Assembly (NCBI GenBank): GCA_017882265.1
Contig: JADGPW010000140.1
Coordinates: forward strand, 25,368 to 89,367
Reading direction: 5' to 3'
DNA: 64,000 bases
DNA from: Chitinophagaceae bacterium
GTDB taxonomy: Bacteria > Bacteroidota > Bacteroidia > Chitinophagales > Chitinophagaceae
The notes below the pieces were generated by a model. The model was not told the DNA's origin. It saw nothing but the letters and a program-made list of their open reading frames with translations, and did not search any database. Made by a program: the position numbers and the translations under genes. Positions 46,350-55,153 of this stretch are shown here, in pieces (the stretch's first letter is position 1; each line of letters opens with the position of its first letter).

Positions 46350-47529
46350 GTATTTCCCCTTCGCGGTAATATATTTTTTCATCAATTCGCTTGCGCTTCC
46401 ATTCGGGCTGACTTACATGTCGCTGATGGCCCCGCTTTTTTATGTATGGATACTGTTGAAAAGAAAAAAGGAGATCCTTCTGCCTTTTTTAACGATCCTG
46501 TTACCCTTTATCATTATCCATATAGTAAAAGGAGTTGAGCAAAAAACCTATTTCCTGTCACTCGCCAATCTTTTACTGGTCTATATCTTCTGCCAGGCTG
46601 TATACACATTCCTGAAACAATGTAAAGACCCGGAATTAATATTCCGGAGGATACTGGTTTTGAATTTCATTTTTTGCATGGTCGCCGGGGTGGTTTATTT
46701 CACCCCCTGGTATAATACGTTATGGCTGGAACAGAACCTTTCGCTTGGGGTGGGGCATTTCCGGCGGCTGAAACTTCTCACCTATGAGCCGTCCTACTAT
46801 GCTTTTTTATTCATTCCCTTATTTTTCTTTTACGGGCTACAATATTTCTTTCGTCAGAATACTATACCTGGCGGAGTATTATTGCTAATGTTGTTTATAC
46901 CACTTGTCCTTTCTTTTTCAATTGGAGTCATCAGCGCAGCCCTGCTGGCAGGATTTCTAACATGGCTGATCTACTTCAGGCGATTAACAAAGAAACGAAG
47001 GATCCTGAATGCCCTTATCAATACCGGCGCTGTGCTGGGATCAGGGATGGCTGTGGGATTATTATTTTTCCGGAATAATCCGCTACTATCCCGCTTGGGG
47101 AATATTCTTTCAGGGAAGGATACATCGGGGAATGGTCGTACGGTGGATGCTTTTATTTTAGCTCAAAAATTAATAAAGGATGGAAATGAATATTGGGGAG
47201 TGGGGATCGGCCAGATCAAGATAGTCGGAGAGGAGCTGATCCGTAGTTTTTATCTTTACTATAATGATTTTACTGTGGCGATACCGAATGCCGCTGCCGA
47301 AACACTGGCCATATTTGGTTGGGTAGGTCTTTCCCTTCGCCTGTTCCTTGAGGTAATGCTTTTCTTTTATACAAGGGTATGGACAAACTATTATCGCTTA
47401 TTGCTATTTATATTCATGTTCATTTACCAGTTCACGGGAAGTTTTATAACAAATGGCGCAGAATATGTGATCTGGATTTTGGCTTTCACTAATGTTTTCC
47501 GGCAGTTTGACATACAAGATAAAAGATAA
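46336..47529 (+). CDS. Polytopic membrane protein, oligosaccharide repeat-unit polymerase (Wzy)-like
   Basis: About 10-11 TM helices. The motif RRLKLLTYEPSYYAFLF resembles the R-x-x-x-f-x-EP/NP loop of Wzy/ligase families. It overlaps the upstream GT2 by 14 nt. Confidence 0.55.
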   Translation: MKLNKYFPFAVIYFFINSLALPFGLTYMSLMAPLFYVWILLKRKKEILLPFLTILLPFIIIHIVKGVEQKTYFLSLANLLLVYIFCQAVYTFLKQCKDPELIFRRILVLNFIFCMVAGVVYFTPWYNTLWLEQNLSLGVGHFRRLKLLTYEPSYYAFLFIPLFFFYGLQYFFRQNTIPGGVLLLMLFIPLVLSFSIGVISAALLAGFLTWLIYFRRLTKKRRILNALINTGAVLGSGMAVGLLFFRNNPLLSRLGNILSGKDTSGNGRTVDAFILAQKLIKDGNEYWGVGIGQIKIVGEELIRSFYLYYNDFTVAIPNAAAETLAIFGWVGLSLRLFLEVMLFFYTRVWTNYYRLLLFIFMFIYQFTGSFITNGAEYVIWILAFTNVFRQFDIQDKR

Positions 47530-47646
47530 TAGTGAACAGATAATAGTGTCCTTATTCGAAAAGACTTAACAGCTTTGGGAAATTATTAAAGTGCTAAGAT
47601 CTTTTCGACCTGAGACACTATTATCTATTCACTTTTAACTTTTATC
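47518..47646. repeat. Hairpin/MITE-like element, GATAATAGTGAA family, copy 2
   Basis: Left arm GATAAAAGATAATAGTGAACAGATAATAGTGTC (47518-47550). Right arm GACACTATTATCTATTCACTTTTAACTTTTATC (47614-47646). The ~33-nt arms are an imperfect inverted repeat. The element fills the whole gap between two convergent genes and includes the stop of the left one. Confidence 0.8.
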
Positions 47647-47648
47647 TA

Positions 47649-48743
47649 TCACCTGGCATTTAGCATCATATATTCATAGTCATCAATGACAACCGAGTGG
47701 TTGTAAATGTTAAGGATCTTCTCTGTATTCAATTCTTTCCTTTGTCTGGTTATGAAGAGATCCGGTTGAGTGCCAATGATCATCCTTACACCATTTTCAT
47801 CAGAAAAGTAATCGGCTTCCTCCTGTAATACCGCTCTGTTAAAGGGATTGTCATGCGCCGCGATCCTGCATCCACAGGCCATAGCCTCCAGTAAAGAGGG
47901 GTTGGTTCCCCCCACGGAATGTCCGTGAAAATACAGTGATGAATAAAAACGAAGATTATTTATAATGGCCTGGTCATAGATGGGCCCCGTGAATTGTAAA
48001 CCGGGATGATGATAACAGGTCTTTATATATTTTCCGAATTTATTGCCGGTATCGCCTACGACCACTAAAGGGTAATTCCGGTCCGAAGCCATCCATCCCC
48101 GTATGATCATTTCAATATTGTTCTCTTTTTCCATCCTGGCGATTAACAAATAATATTGAAGTGGCTGAATTCCATATTTTTCCAATATAGCAGGATCACC
48201 CTCCCTAAATAATTCAGCCCCGTAGGGTATGCATACTGCCTTTTTTTGATACCTGTCAAAAAGATAGGTTTGTATTTCTGGTGAATCTGCCACCATCACC
48301 TGGGCATGTTTAGCAGCCAGTGATTCTGACCATTTTAAAAACCGTTGCACCGGTCTGCTGTATTTACTCCTTTTCCATTCCAACCCATCCATGTTCACGA
48401 TGTTGATCGTTTTCTTTGGCCAACGGCAATACCAGATAGCATCACTGGAATAACCAAGATGGAGGAGGATATCGAATTTTCTCCTGCGCGCGTCCTGATT
48501 ACAATTCAGGTCATAATAAAACTGACCCCAGGTACCCACTTTATGCTCCCAATCCCTGCAATGAATGATCTGAACCCCCTTCCATTCTTTTTCTTTAAAA
48601 GGATGCTGGTCAGAATTATAGACATAAACTTCGTGGCCCTTCTTCAACAATCCCAAAGAAAGATGTTGGGCAAACTGTTCAAACCCTCCATAGTTGTTGG
48701 GAATGCCTCTTGTTCCTGATATGCCGATCTTAAGTTTTCTCAA
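47649..48743 (-). CDS. Glycosyltransferase family 4 with DUF1972-type N-terminus
   Basis: KIGISGTRGIPNNYGGFEQF (DUF1972 signature) and HSVGGTNPSLLEAMACG. The TTG start overlaps the upstream stop (TTGA). Confidence 0.85.
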   Translation of the reverse strand: MRKLKIGISGTRGIPNNYGGFEQFAQHLSLGLLKKGHEVYVYNSDQHPFKEKEWKGVQIIHCRDWEHKVGTWGQFYYDLNCNQDARRRKFDILLHLGYSSDAIWYCRWPKKTINIVNMDGLEWKRSKYSRPVQRFLKWSESLAAKHAQVMVADSPEIQTYLFDRYQKKAVCIPYGAELFREGDPAILEKYGIQPLQYYLLIARMEKENNIEMIIRGWMASDRNYPLVVVGDTGNKFGKYIKTCYHHPGLQFTGPIYDQAIINNLRFYSSLYFHGHSVGGTNPSLLEAMACGCRIAAHDNPFNRAVLQEEADYFSDENGVRMIIGTQPDLFITRQRKELNTEKILNIYNHSVVIDDYEYMMLNAR

Positions 48744-49819
48744 ACCGGTATGATTTTCTTGTATGCTTCCAAGGTAAGGGCTGCAGCCCGTGGCCAGGTA
48801 TAGTTATTTATGATTCTTTGTTGTAAGGCGCTATTTCCACCGCTTTGCGCCGCTTTTTCAATAGCGTTGAAGATGGAACCGGGGTTAGCCGGGTCACAAT
48901 AGATTCCTTCCTCTCTGAAATAGTCCCGCGTATATCCTCTATCTGAGATCACGATATTGCATCCCATGGCAGCAGCCTCCAGTGAAGAAAGTCCACAGGT
49001 CTCAAACCAGCTCGGTAAGGCATGTACCTTGGCTCTTTTGTAATAATCAATTAAGGCTTCCTGTGATACCCTCTCATGAAATAATATATTGGAAGAGGCT
49101 ATTTTCCTGCAGGCTGAATAATATTTTTTTTGGTTAGGTGCCGGGGAACCAATTAGCATCAGCGTATAAGAAGTATCATTCAGTGCTTTAATAAGATTTA
49201 GTTGATTTTTGATCCCTTCGATCCTGGCTGCACAAAGAACCAGTTTATTATCTTTTTTGGCCTGGTCATCCGGAACAAACAATATAGGATCAATTCCGTT
49301 AGGGATCACCACATAGTTCTTTTCCAGTTTATATAATGTAGTAAGCCTCCTGTATTCCGCTTCCGAATTGGGTAATATCAGGGTCATCTTTTTTAAAATA
49401 CGGGTTATACTTTTTCGTTGTCCTTTCCATATATAAACTTTGCTGGCCAGCGTATCCTTTCCGGTTATCCACCGGGAAAGGGTTTTGATATATTCATGAA
49501 CGCCGGAAGGGAACTGCCTTAAAATAAACCCCGATAATCCTTTCCGGTGCCCTTTGTCATATTCACTATAATCAACCAGTATAGGTGACAGGACCATCGT
49601 TTTATTGGTTTTTTCAATATGGCAAAGAATATCCGAGGGTCTTGTAATGTTGAAAAAGTGAATCAGGTCGTACCCGGAATAGTGAATCCTGCCATTGCTC
49701 AAGCATATATCAACATCCACCCCTAAAGCTCTCAGGTGTTTGGCTGTTTGCAATATATGGATGGTATCGCCGCCCGGAACATGATACAAAGTTGACCGTG
49801 TAATAAACGCAATTCTCAT
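48740..49819 (-). CDS. Glycosyltransferase family 4 (GT-B fold)
   Basis: PSWFETCGLSSLEAAAMGCNIVIS. Confidence 0.85.
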   Translation of the reverse strand: MRIAFITRSTLYHVPGGDTIHILQTAKHLRALGVDVDICLSNGRIHYSGYDLIHFFNITRPSDILCHIEKTNKTMVLSPILVDYSEYDKGHRKGLSGFILRQFPSGVHEYIKTLSRWITGKDTLASKVYIWKGQRKSITRILKKMTLILPNSEAEYRRLTTLYKLEKNYVVIPNGIDPILFVPDDQAKKDNKLVLCAARIEGIKNQLNLIKALNDTSYTLMLIGSPAPNQKKYYSACRKIASSNILFHERVSQEALIDYYKRAKVHALPSWFETCGLSSLEAAAMGCNIVISDRGYTRDYFREEGIYCDPANPGSIFNAIEKAAQSGGNSALQQRIINNYTWPRAAALTLEAYKKIIPV

Positions 49820-49890
49820 CCGGACAAACTTAATACTATTTCGCTGTCCGGGTATTCGGTTTCATGATGGAGCTCTTAAAAAAGTAAATT

Positions 49891-49955
49891 GTCAGATAAT
49901 CAGTGAATTTTTTTGAAATATAGTGTAACACCCACTGACTTACTGACTAACTGAC
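49891..49955. repeat. Intergenic hairpin element with self-similar arms (GTCAG/CTGAC words)
   Basis: Left arm GTCAGATAATCAGTGAA (49891-49907). Right arm CCACTGACTTACTGACTAACTGAC (49932-49955). The right arm ends 3 nt before the stop of the 174-aa ORF. Confidence 0.6.
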
Positions 49956-49958
49956 CTT

Positions 49959-50483
49959 TTAAGCGCCCGGAAAAACAAGACCATGGGAAATAGCCATGAT
50001 AATGACAATCAGATCAATGGCCACGCTTAAAAAGAATATGGGAAGAGTAATTTTCATAGGCAATGCTGCCAGGTTAGTGACCAAGCACATAACCATTGCT
50101 GTCATTACTAACGCCCATGAGAGCATTGAATTACCCGAGGACAAAACAAAAAAAACGGTCAAAGGAGTAAGCACACAACCATGACCCAAAATTATTACTC
50201 CCAGCCACAATAGCCGGTTCTCTTCCTGAGTTTTACACCAAGCCATAAATTTCTGAACTATTGTTCTTTTTCTTTCATGGGCAAAAACTGCCGTCGCATA
50301 GGAATGATGAATTACGTCCATATAATGGGTTTTAGAACTCAAAGATGTATGTCCCGGAGAAGTCATTAAATGATATTCGACAATACCGGTATTGATTTTG
50401 ATCAGGAAAATAGAAAGGCCGGGAGTCATATTGGGTAAATGAATCATATTGGGCAAATGAGTCATATAAGTCAAATGGGTCAA
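49959..50483 (-). CDS. Small membrane protein; true start uncertain
   Basis: The C-terminal ~100 aa has 3 TM helices (LLWLGVIILGHGCVLTPLTVFFVL...). The N-terminal 20 codons are an 18-nt tandem repeat and may be non-coding. Internal ATGs exist (MTSPGH..., MDVIHH...). Confidence 0.45.
   Translation of the reverse strand: MTHLTYMTHLPNMIHLPNMTPGLSIFLIKINTGIVEYHLMTSPGHTSLSSKTHYMDVIHHSYATAVFAHERKRTIVQKFMAWCKTQEENRLLWLGVIILGHGCVLTPLTVFFVLSSGNSMLSWALVMTAMVMCLVTNLAALPMKITLPIFFLSVAIDLIVIIMAISHGLVFPGA
50430..50483 (-). repeat. 18-nt tandem repeat x3 (plus a partial fourth), each unit beginning with a start codon
   Basis: The minus strand reads TTGACCCATTTGACTTAT / ATGACTCATTTGCCCAAT / ATGATTCATTTACCCAAT / ATGACTCCCGGC. 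Confidence 0.75.
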
Positions 50484-50631
50484 ATTTTATTACCAAATCG
50501 GTTGTTAAAAATAATTGACTTCATTTCCAATGAGCGGGGTAGTAGCCATTTCCATCGGGGGAATATCCCTTCGATCAAAAAAGAAAACACCTAAACACCT
50601 TTATTAAGAGTACATTACAGAAACTCTAAAA

Positions 50632-51681
50632 ATGAAAAAAATAGTTGAGCTGATCGTTATAAGTGTATTTACCATTATTGTACCCTGCCAGAGTCATGAA
50701 CAGGAAACTACTCCGGCTTTAAAAGTTTACCAGAATTATGATTTTGTTCCCGGTGATAAGATCTTATTTGAAGATAATTTTATCGACGACAGGGATGGAG
50801 AATTTCCGGCTCATTGGGAGTTAAAAGGTGGGCAGGCCGTTTTAAATAAAGTTCCAACAGGCGAAGAAGGCTTATTTCTTACCGATGGGAATTATGTAAT
50901 TGTTGCTCCGCGAATGAAAACACAAAATTACCTGACTGATCCTTTCACCATTGAATATGATTTTTTTGCTCAAACGGGAGGTTCCTTTGGATTAATAACG
51001 GATTTTAAAACTAAAGATGAAGGAGAAGAAGCTCCCCTGTTTATCAATTTTGCCGAAGCGTCTTTTACCCCTATCGGGGGCAATACACTCTCTAAAGGCT
51101 CTGCCGGACAAGATTGGACCGAAGATTTCAGGAACAAATGGCATCATATCGCCATTGCCTGCAAAAACCATCAACTCAAAGTTTATATTGATCAAACAAG
51201 GACATTAGTGGTCCCCGATACGCATGGAGATTTTGTAAGCCTGGTATTTGAAGGTATAGGTACGCAGGATCAGCCTGTTATTTTTAAAAATGTACGGATT
51301 GCTTCGGGTGGAGAAATGAATATGATCGGTAAAAAATTTACCGAATCAAAGATTGTAACGCATGGCATCAACTTCGACATTGACAAAGCTACCATCAGGC
51401 CCGAGAGCATGGGGACGCTGAATATGATTGTGCAGGTAATGAAAGATAACCCCGAAATAAAGTTTGAAGTGGACGGACATACCGACAATTCAGGCACAGC
51501 AGCACATAATCTTAATTTATCCCAACAAAGGTCCAATGCTGTAAAAGATCAATTGATAAAAATGGGAATCGACGCATCGAGGCTCACCACCAAAGGATGG
51601 GGAGATACAAAACCCATGGATGATAATGCAACAGGGGAAGGCAGAGCTAACAACAGGAGGGTAGAATTCGTGAAAATATGA
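50632..51681 (+). CDS. OmpA-family protein with N-terminal lectin/glucanase-like (ConA-fold-like) domain
   Basis: Signal peptide, then a C-terminal OmpA domain (INFDIDKATIRPES...VDGHTDNSGTAAHNLNLSQQRSNAVKDQL...GWGDTKP...NRRVEFV). Confidence 0.9.
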   Translation: MKKIVELIVISVFTIIVPCQSHEQETTPALKVYQNYDFVPGDKILFEDNFIDDRDGEFPAHWELKGGQAVLNKVPTGEEGLFLTDGNYVIVAPRMKTQNYLTDPFTIEYDFFAQTGGSFGLITDFKTKDEGEEAPLFINFAEASFTPIGGNTLSKGSAGQDWTEDFRNKWHHIAIACKNHQLKVYIDQTRTLVVPDTHGDFVSLVFEGIGTQDQPVIFKNVRIASGGEMNMIGKKFTESKIVTHGINFDIDKATIRPESMGTLNMIVQVMKDNPEIKFEVDGHTDNSGTAAHNLNLSQQRSNAVKDQLIKMGIDASRLTTKGWGDTKPMDDNATGEGRANNRRVEFVKI

Positions 51682-51852
51682 CTTGATTGATTTACTAATA
51701 ATCCTCAAACAAAATTCTGAAGCATTAATAAGATTCTCTTATATAGCTTTTTCATCGGTTACAGTTCACAGGTCCTTCTTGCACAGCAAACTGTAAAATG
51801 GCAGGTAAGCTTTACCTACGAAGAAACACAAACCAGCTCCAGGAAAAACGGG

Positions 51853-54108
51853 TTGGCCTGGTCAAACCATTCACTAAAAATCGTTGGTGCGGGAGAAATG
51901 ATCATTGAAGCAGCGGATATATCAAATGGCCATTGCCAGATCACGATGGAGCAGGGTGATAAGGTCCTCTCCTCAATTACATCGGGCTATGTTAAGGAAA
52001 CAACAGAAGGCGAAAACCGGGATGCTGTAATGGGTTTAGAGAATTCCCGGAAGGATTATTATACCGGAAAGCCTGAAGGGACACCGGGAATTAATTTTGA
52101 ATATGATCCCTCACCCGATGGGACGAAAGGATTAAATGGCGGCCTTTCCTTTGATCAAAGCGGTACCTATGAGGTTCACCAGTACACGCCCTATTATCCG
52201 GAACGACTAGACGCAACCTACCCTGTAACCACTGAAAATGCATACCGGGCGAACCTGGGAAATCAAAAGGATATTATCACCCCATTTAAAAATGGGTTTA
52301 TGATCGACTATTCGGTATCTGAAATAACCGAACCTAAAAAAATGGATGAAGTTCAGGTCAGGAGTGAGAAAAAGGTCGAGTACCATGTTCTCATTATGAA
52401 AGAAACAAGTGTAGAAGCATTTATTATTCCGGCTGCGGGTACAGAGGTGTATCAAAACTGGCTTCCGGAAGGGCCTGATCCAAAAGATGCAAAAACGACA
52501 GGTAACAACCTTTCTTTTACGATCATTACAAAAGATAAAAAGAACCCTGAACAAAAAAGTATGGCTGCTATCCGGTCAGTTATTTATTCCCTGGCGGATG
52601 TTTCTCATGAACCTGGGTATTCCATGAACTATCCTTCGGAAAAACCAGGCACAAAACCCGATCTGCAATTACTGGCCAAAAATGAAAAACCGGATCCTGA
52701 AACAGAAAAACTGAACCGAACCCTTGCTGCCGGCGAAGGCAGGGATATAACTATTGCCTGCTTTGATTATGGCGCTTACGGATGCATAAGAGCCATTGTA
52801 TTGTTAGAAGATGGCACGCTACTCATTGCCAAAGACGAGATAACAAAAAAGACCTATGCCACTATTCCCTATCGTACAAATGACGATTCCCGGATTGCAG
52901 ATAGCTGGAAGAAGCAACAGCAGGCAATGGATCTGAAAGATACGGCCGATGATGAGGAAGGAGATAAACTGGAAAACAACCCCTACAAGGGTGATGGGTA
53001 TAGTTTATATGAAGAATACCGCGGCTTCATAGAGAACCAGGTACATATACGGACCGATCCGCATAAAAAAGATGTGATGGTTTGTGACAAGGTTCGTGAG
53101 GCATTAGTAACTGCAGCAGATGCATTGCCTTCCACAACCCCATTAGAGAAAGCGAAGAAAGCCGCGCTCCCCGGGCGTTCACAGGATGGGATCAATATGT
53201 TTGCGGGGGTCACCGGTTTTAGTATACATAGTAAATTCAAGCCTGAAGAATTTGGAGAGGATATGGGGAAGAATATTTATGCCGGTGTGGAGTCCCTGGA
53301 GACCATTAATTTACCGGCATTTACCCATAACAAGATTTTAAATTTTAATACTTCCGGATATGCTCACCTGCATGAACAAAGTGGTTTACTTCTTTTACCC
53401 TCAGCAGAATCCCTGGGCTATGCCAAAGCTTTTGCTAAAGTAACAGGTCATGTCAGACCGCTTAAAGATTGGTATTGCCTTGTTATCACAGCAGATTTTG
53501 ACCCCCAAATGGAAGGCTACAGCATTGTAAAAGGTGATATTACTGAGAAAAAAGATGTCGCTGTGAACCCCAATGGGGAAGCGAAAATAATTACGGATGA
53601 ATACGCGGTAACCGTGGCCCATGAAATGCTGCATTATTGTAATGTGAAACACCATGGGGATGTAAATGAGAATCGTAAACTTACTGAATTCCGGGCTTCT
53701 TCCGATAATCCCACACAGGTTTATATGGGCGGAATGTTTGACGCAGTACCGGTAAAGCTTTTTTGGGACGATCTGAAAGTTACACCGATAACAGCGCAGG
53801 ATAATATATTCAAAAATCCGGGTAAAAGCATTTCCGTTACGCTTAGACTTAAGGGTGGCACTTGTAGCGGTGTGGAAGATTGCATAATGCGTTATGATGA
53901 TGCAACAGCCTATAAAGCCGCAGATGGAAATTATTACCTGCTTATGGATTGGCAAAAACCCTATGCTGAACTAACCGGCATCACTTTGTGTAACTCCCAA
54001 ACAGGCACCGGGGTGAATGCTGCTGATCACCTGCCGCGCTCCCGTTACGGCGATGCCACCAATGGTAATTGCCAGGTGCAGGTTTGCGTTAATGATAAAT
54101 ACCAATAA
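51853..54108 (+). CDS. Large hypothetical protein with HExxH zinc-protease-like motif; start probably upstream (about 51724)
   Basis: The motif VAHEMLHYCNVKHHGD follows an HExxHxxxxxH spacing. The track start is TTG at 51853. The frame is open from 51721 and encodes a signal-peptide-like NKILLYSFFIGYSSQVLLAQQ upstream of it. Confidence 0.7.
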   Translation: MAWSNHSLKIVGAGEMIIEAADISNGHCQITMEQGDKVLSSITSGYVKETTEGENRDAVMGLENSRKDYYTGKPEGTPGINFEYDPSPDGTKGLNGGLSFDQSGTYEVHQYTPYYPERLDATYPVTTENAYRANLGNQKDIITPFKNGFMIDYSVSEITEPKKMDEVQVRSEKKVEYHVLIMKETSVEAFIIPAAGTEVYQNWLPEGPDPKDAKTTGNNLSFTIITKDKKNPEQKSMAAIRSVIYSLADVSHEPGYSMNYPSEKPGTKPDLQLLAKNEKPDPETEKLNRTLAAGEGRDITIACFDYGAYGCIRAIVLLEDGTLLIAKDEITKKTYATIPYRTNDDSRIADSWKKQQQAMDLKDTADDEEGDKLENNPYKGDGYSLYEEYRGFIENQVHIRTDPHKKDVMVCDKVREALVTAADALPSTTPLEKAKKAALPGRSQDGINMFAGVTGFSIHSKFKPEEFGEDMGKNIYAGVESLETINLPAFTHNKILNFNTSGYAHLHEQSGLLLLPSAESLGYAKAFAKVTGHVRPLKDWYCLVITADFDPQMEGYSIVKGDITEKKDVAVNPNGEAKIITDEYAVTVAHEMLHYCNVKHHGDVNENRKLTEFRASSDNPTQVYMGGMFDAVPVKLFWDDLKVTPITAQDNIFKNPGKSISVTLRLKGGTCSGVEDCIMRYDDATAYKAADGNYYLLMDWQKPYAELTGITLCNSQTGTGVNAADHLPRSRYGDATNGNCQVQVCVNDKYQ

Positions 54109-54109
54109 A

Positions 54110-54308
54110 GTGTTAGGTGTTAAGCTTTAAGTGCTAAGTGTTTTATCGGGGTTAATTTTTCTTTTCTTCAAAAGATATCCTATCTGCCACTGATAGATAT
54201 TCACGAAGAAATCAATTGTCTGCAGGTCTGTATATAATTAAATCTTTCCCCAATTTATAATAACTCTTACTTCTCTTTACTTAACACTTAAAAATTAGCA
54301 CTTAACAC
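54110..54308. repeat. Intergenic hairpin element with self-similar arms (GTGTTAAG/GTGCTAAG words)
   Basis: Left arm GTGTTAGGTGTTAAGCTTTAAGTGCTAAGTG (54110-54140). Right arm ACTTAACACTTAAAAATTAGCACTTAACAC (54279-54308). The loop is ~140 nt. It lies between convergent genes and starts 2 nt after a stop codon. Confidence 0.7.
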
Positions 54309-54409
54309 TACCTGCAACCTCTCCAACTTATTCAAAAAATCCGCCTGCTTGGTCCGGGAAACCGGGATATTGGCACCGCTTAATGGGTGGCTAACCCTTT
54401 GAGTTTTTT

Positions 54410-54799
54410 CTATTTTTCCTCCACTTCTTTTTCCATTTGTTTTCTGTCGGTAACATCCCTGGCAATGGCAAATACAATCTCTTTATCCCGTAAATAAACC
54501 GAGGTCCATTCCAGCCACACTATATTCCCGGTTTTTGTTAAATAACGATTTTTAAAATTATGCAGCGCTTTACCATCGAGTAAATTGGTTCTCCGCTGAT
54601 GGGTAAGGTCCTTATCTTCCGGGTGTATAAAGCTGGCAATGGGCCTGGCAAATAATCCCTCCCGGGTAAACCCTAATTTATCTATAACAGCAGGATTCAC
54701 TTTTTTGAAATACCCATCCTTGCCAGCTATACATAACAGCACTGGTGTCAGTTCAAAAAAATCAAACAGATCAAATTCAGAGCTTTTCACATTTGCCAT
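54410..54799 (-). CDS. Stand-alone PAS-domain protein
   Basis: 129 aa with a PAS fold signature: LLCIAGKDGYFKKVNPAVIDKLGFTREGLFARPIASFIHPED...GNIVWLEWTSV...VFAIARDVTDRKQME. Confidence 0.8.
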   Translation of the reverse strand: MANVKSSEFDLFDFFELTPVLLCIAGKDGYFKKVNPAVIDKLGFTREGLFARPIASFIHPEDKDLTHQRRTNLLDGKALHNFKNRYLTKTGNIVWLEWTSVYLRDKEIVFAIARDVTDRKQMEKEVEEK

Positions 54800-55112
54800 G
54801 TTCTGTTATTTAACCGGGTATTATTTCCCACCAGTAAAGCATAGATATAGTTGCAATTATGTCGCCAAAATAACAGTAAGTTCATTTTTCAAGCCATTTA
54901 CCTTATTAGGTTACAAAATAGAGCAAAACTAATAACACCAACCGGGTAGAAACCTGGAGTAGCCATTCAAAAAGTTTGAAGGCTTTTAACTATATCCCTG
55001 ATCAGGTTGTTCATTTATTTTCCCATTGTGTTTCAAAATCGGTTACACACGCATCGGTTTGCCCGTAAATTAAACCTGAAAACAGGTTTATCACCTGTTT
55101 TCCAGCTGGCAT

Positions 55113-55120
55113 TATTTTTG
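55113..55120 (+). promoter_or_regulatory. Candidate Bacteroidota -7 promoter box (TATTTTTG)
   Basis: Matches the TAnnTTTG consensus, 34 nt upstream of the ATG at 55154. Confidence 0.35.
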
Positions 55121-55153
55121 GTCGACATTATACATTATCAAAAAATATAAAAT

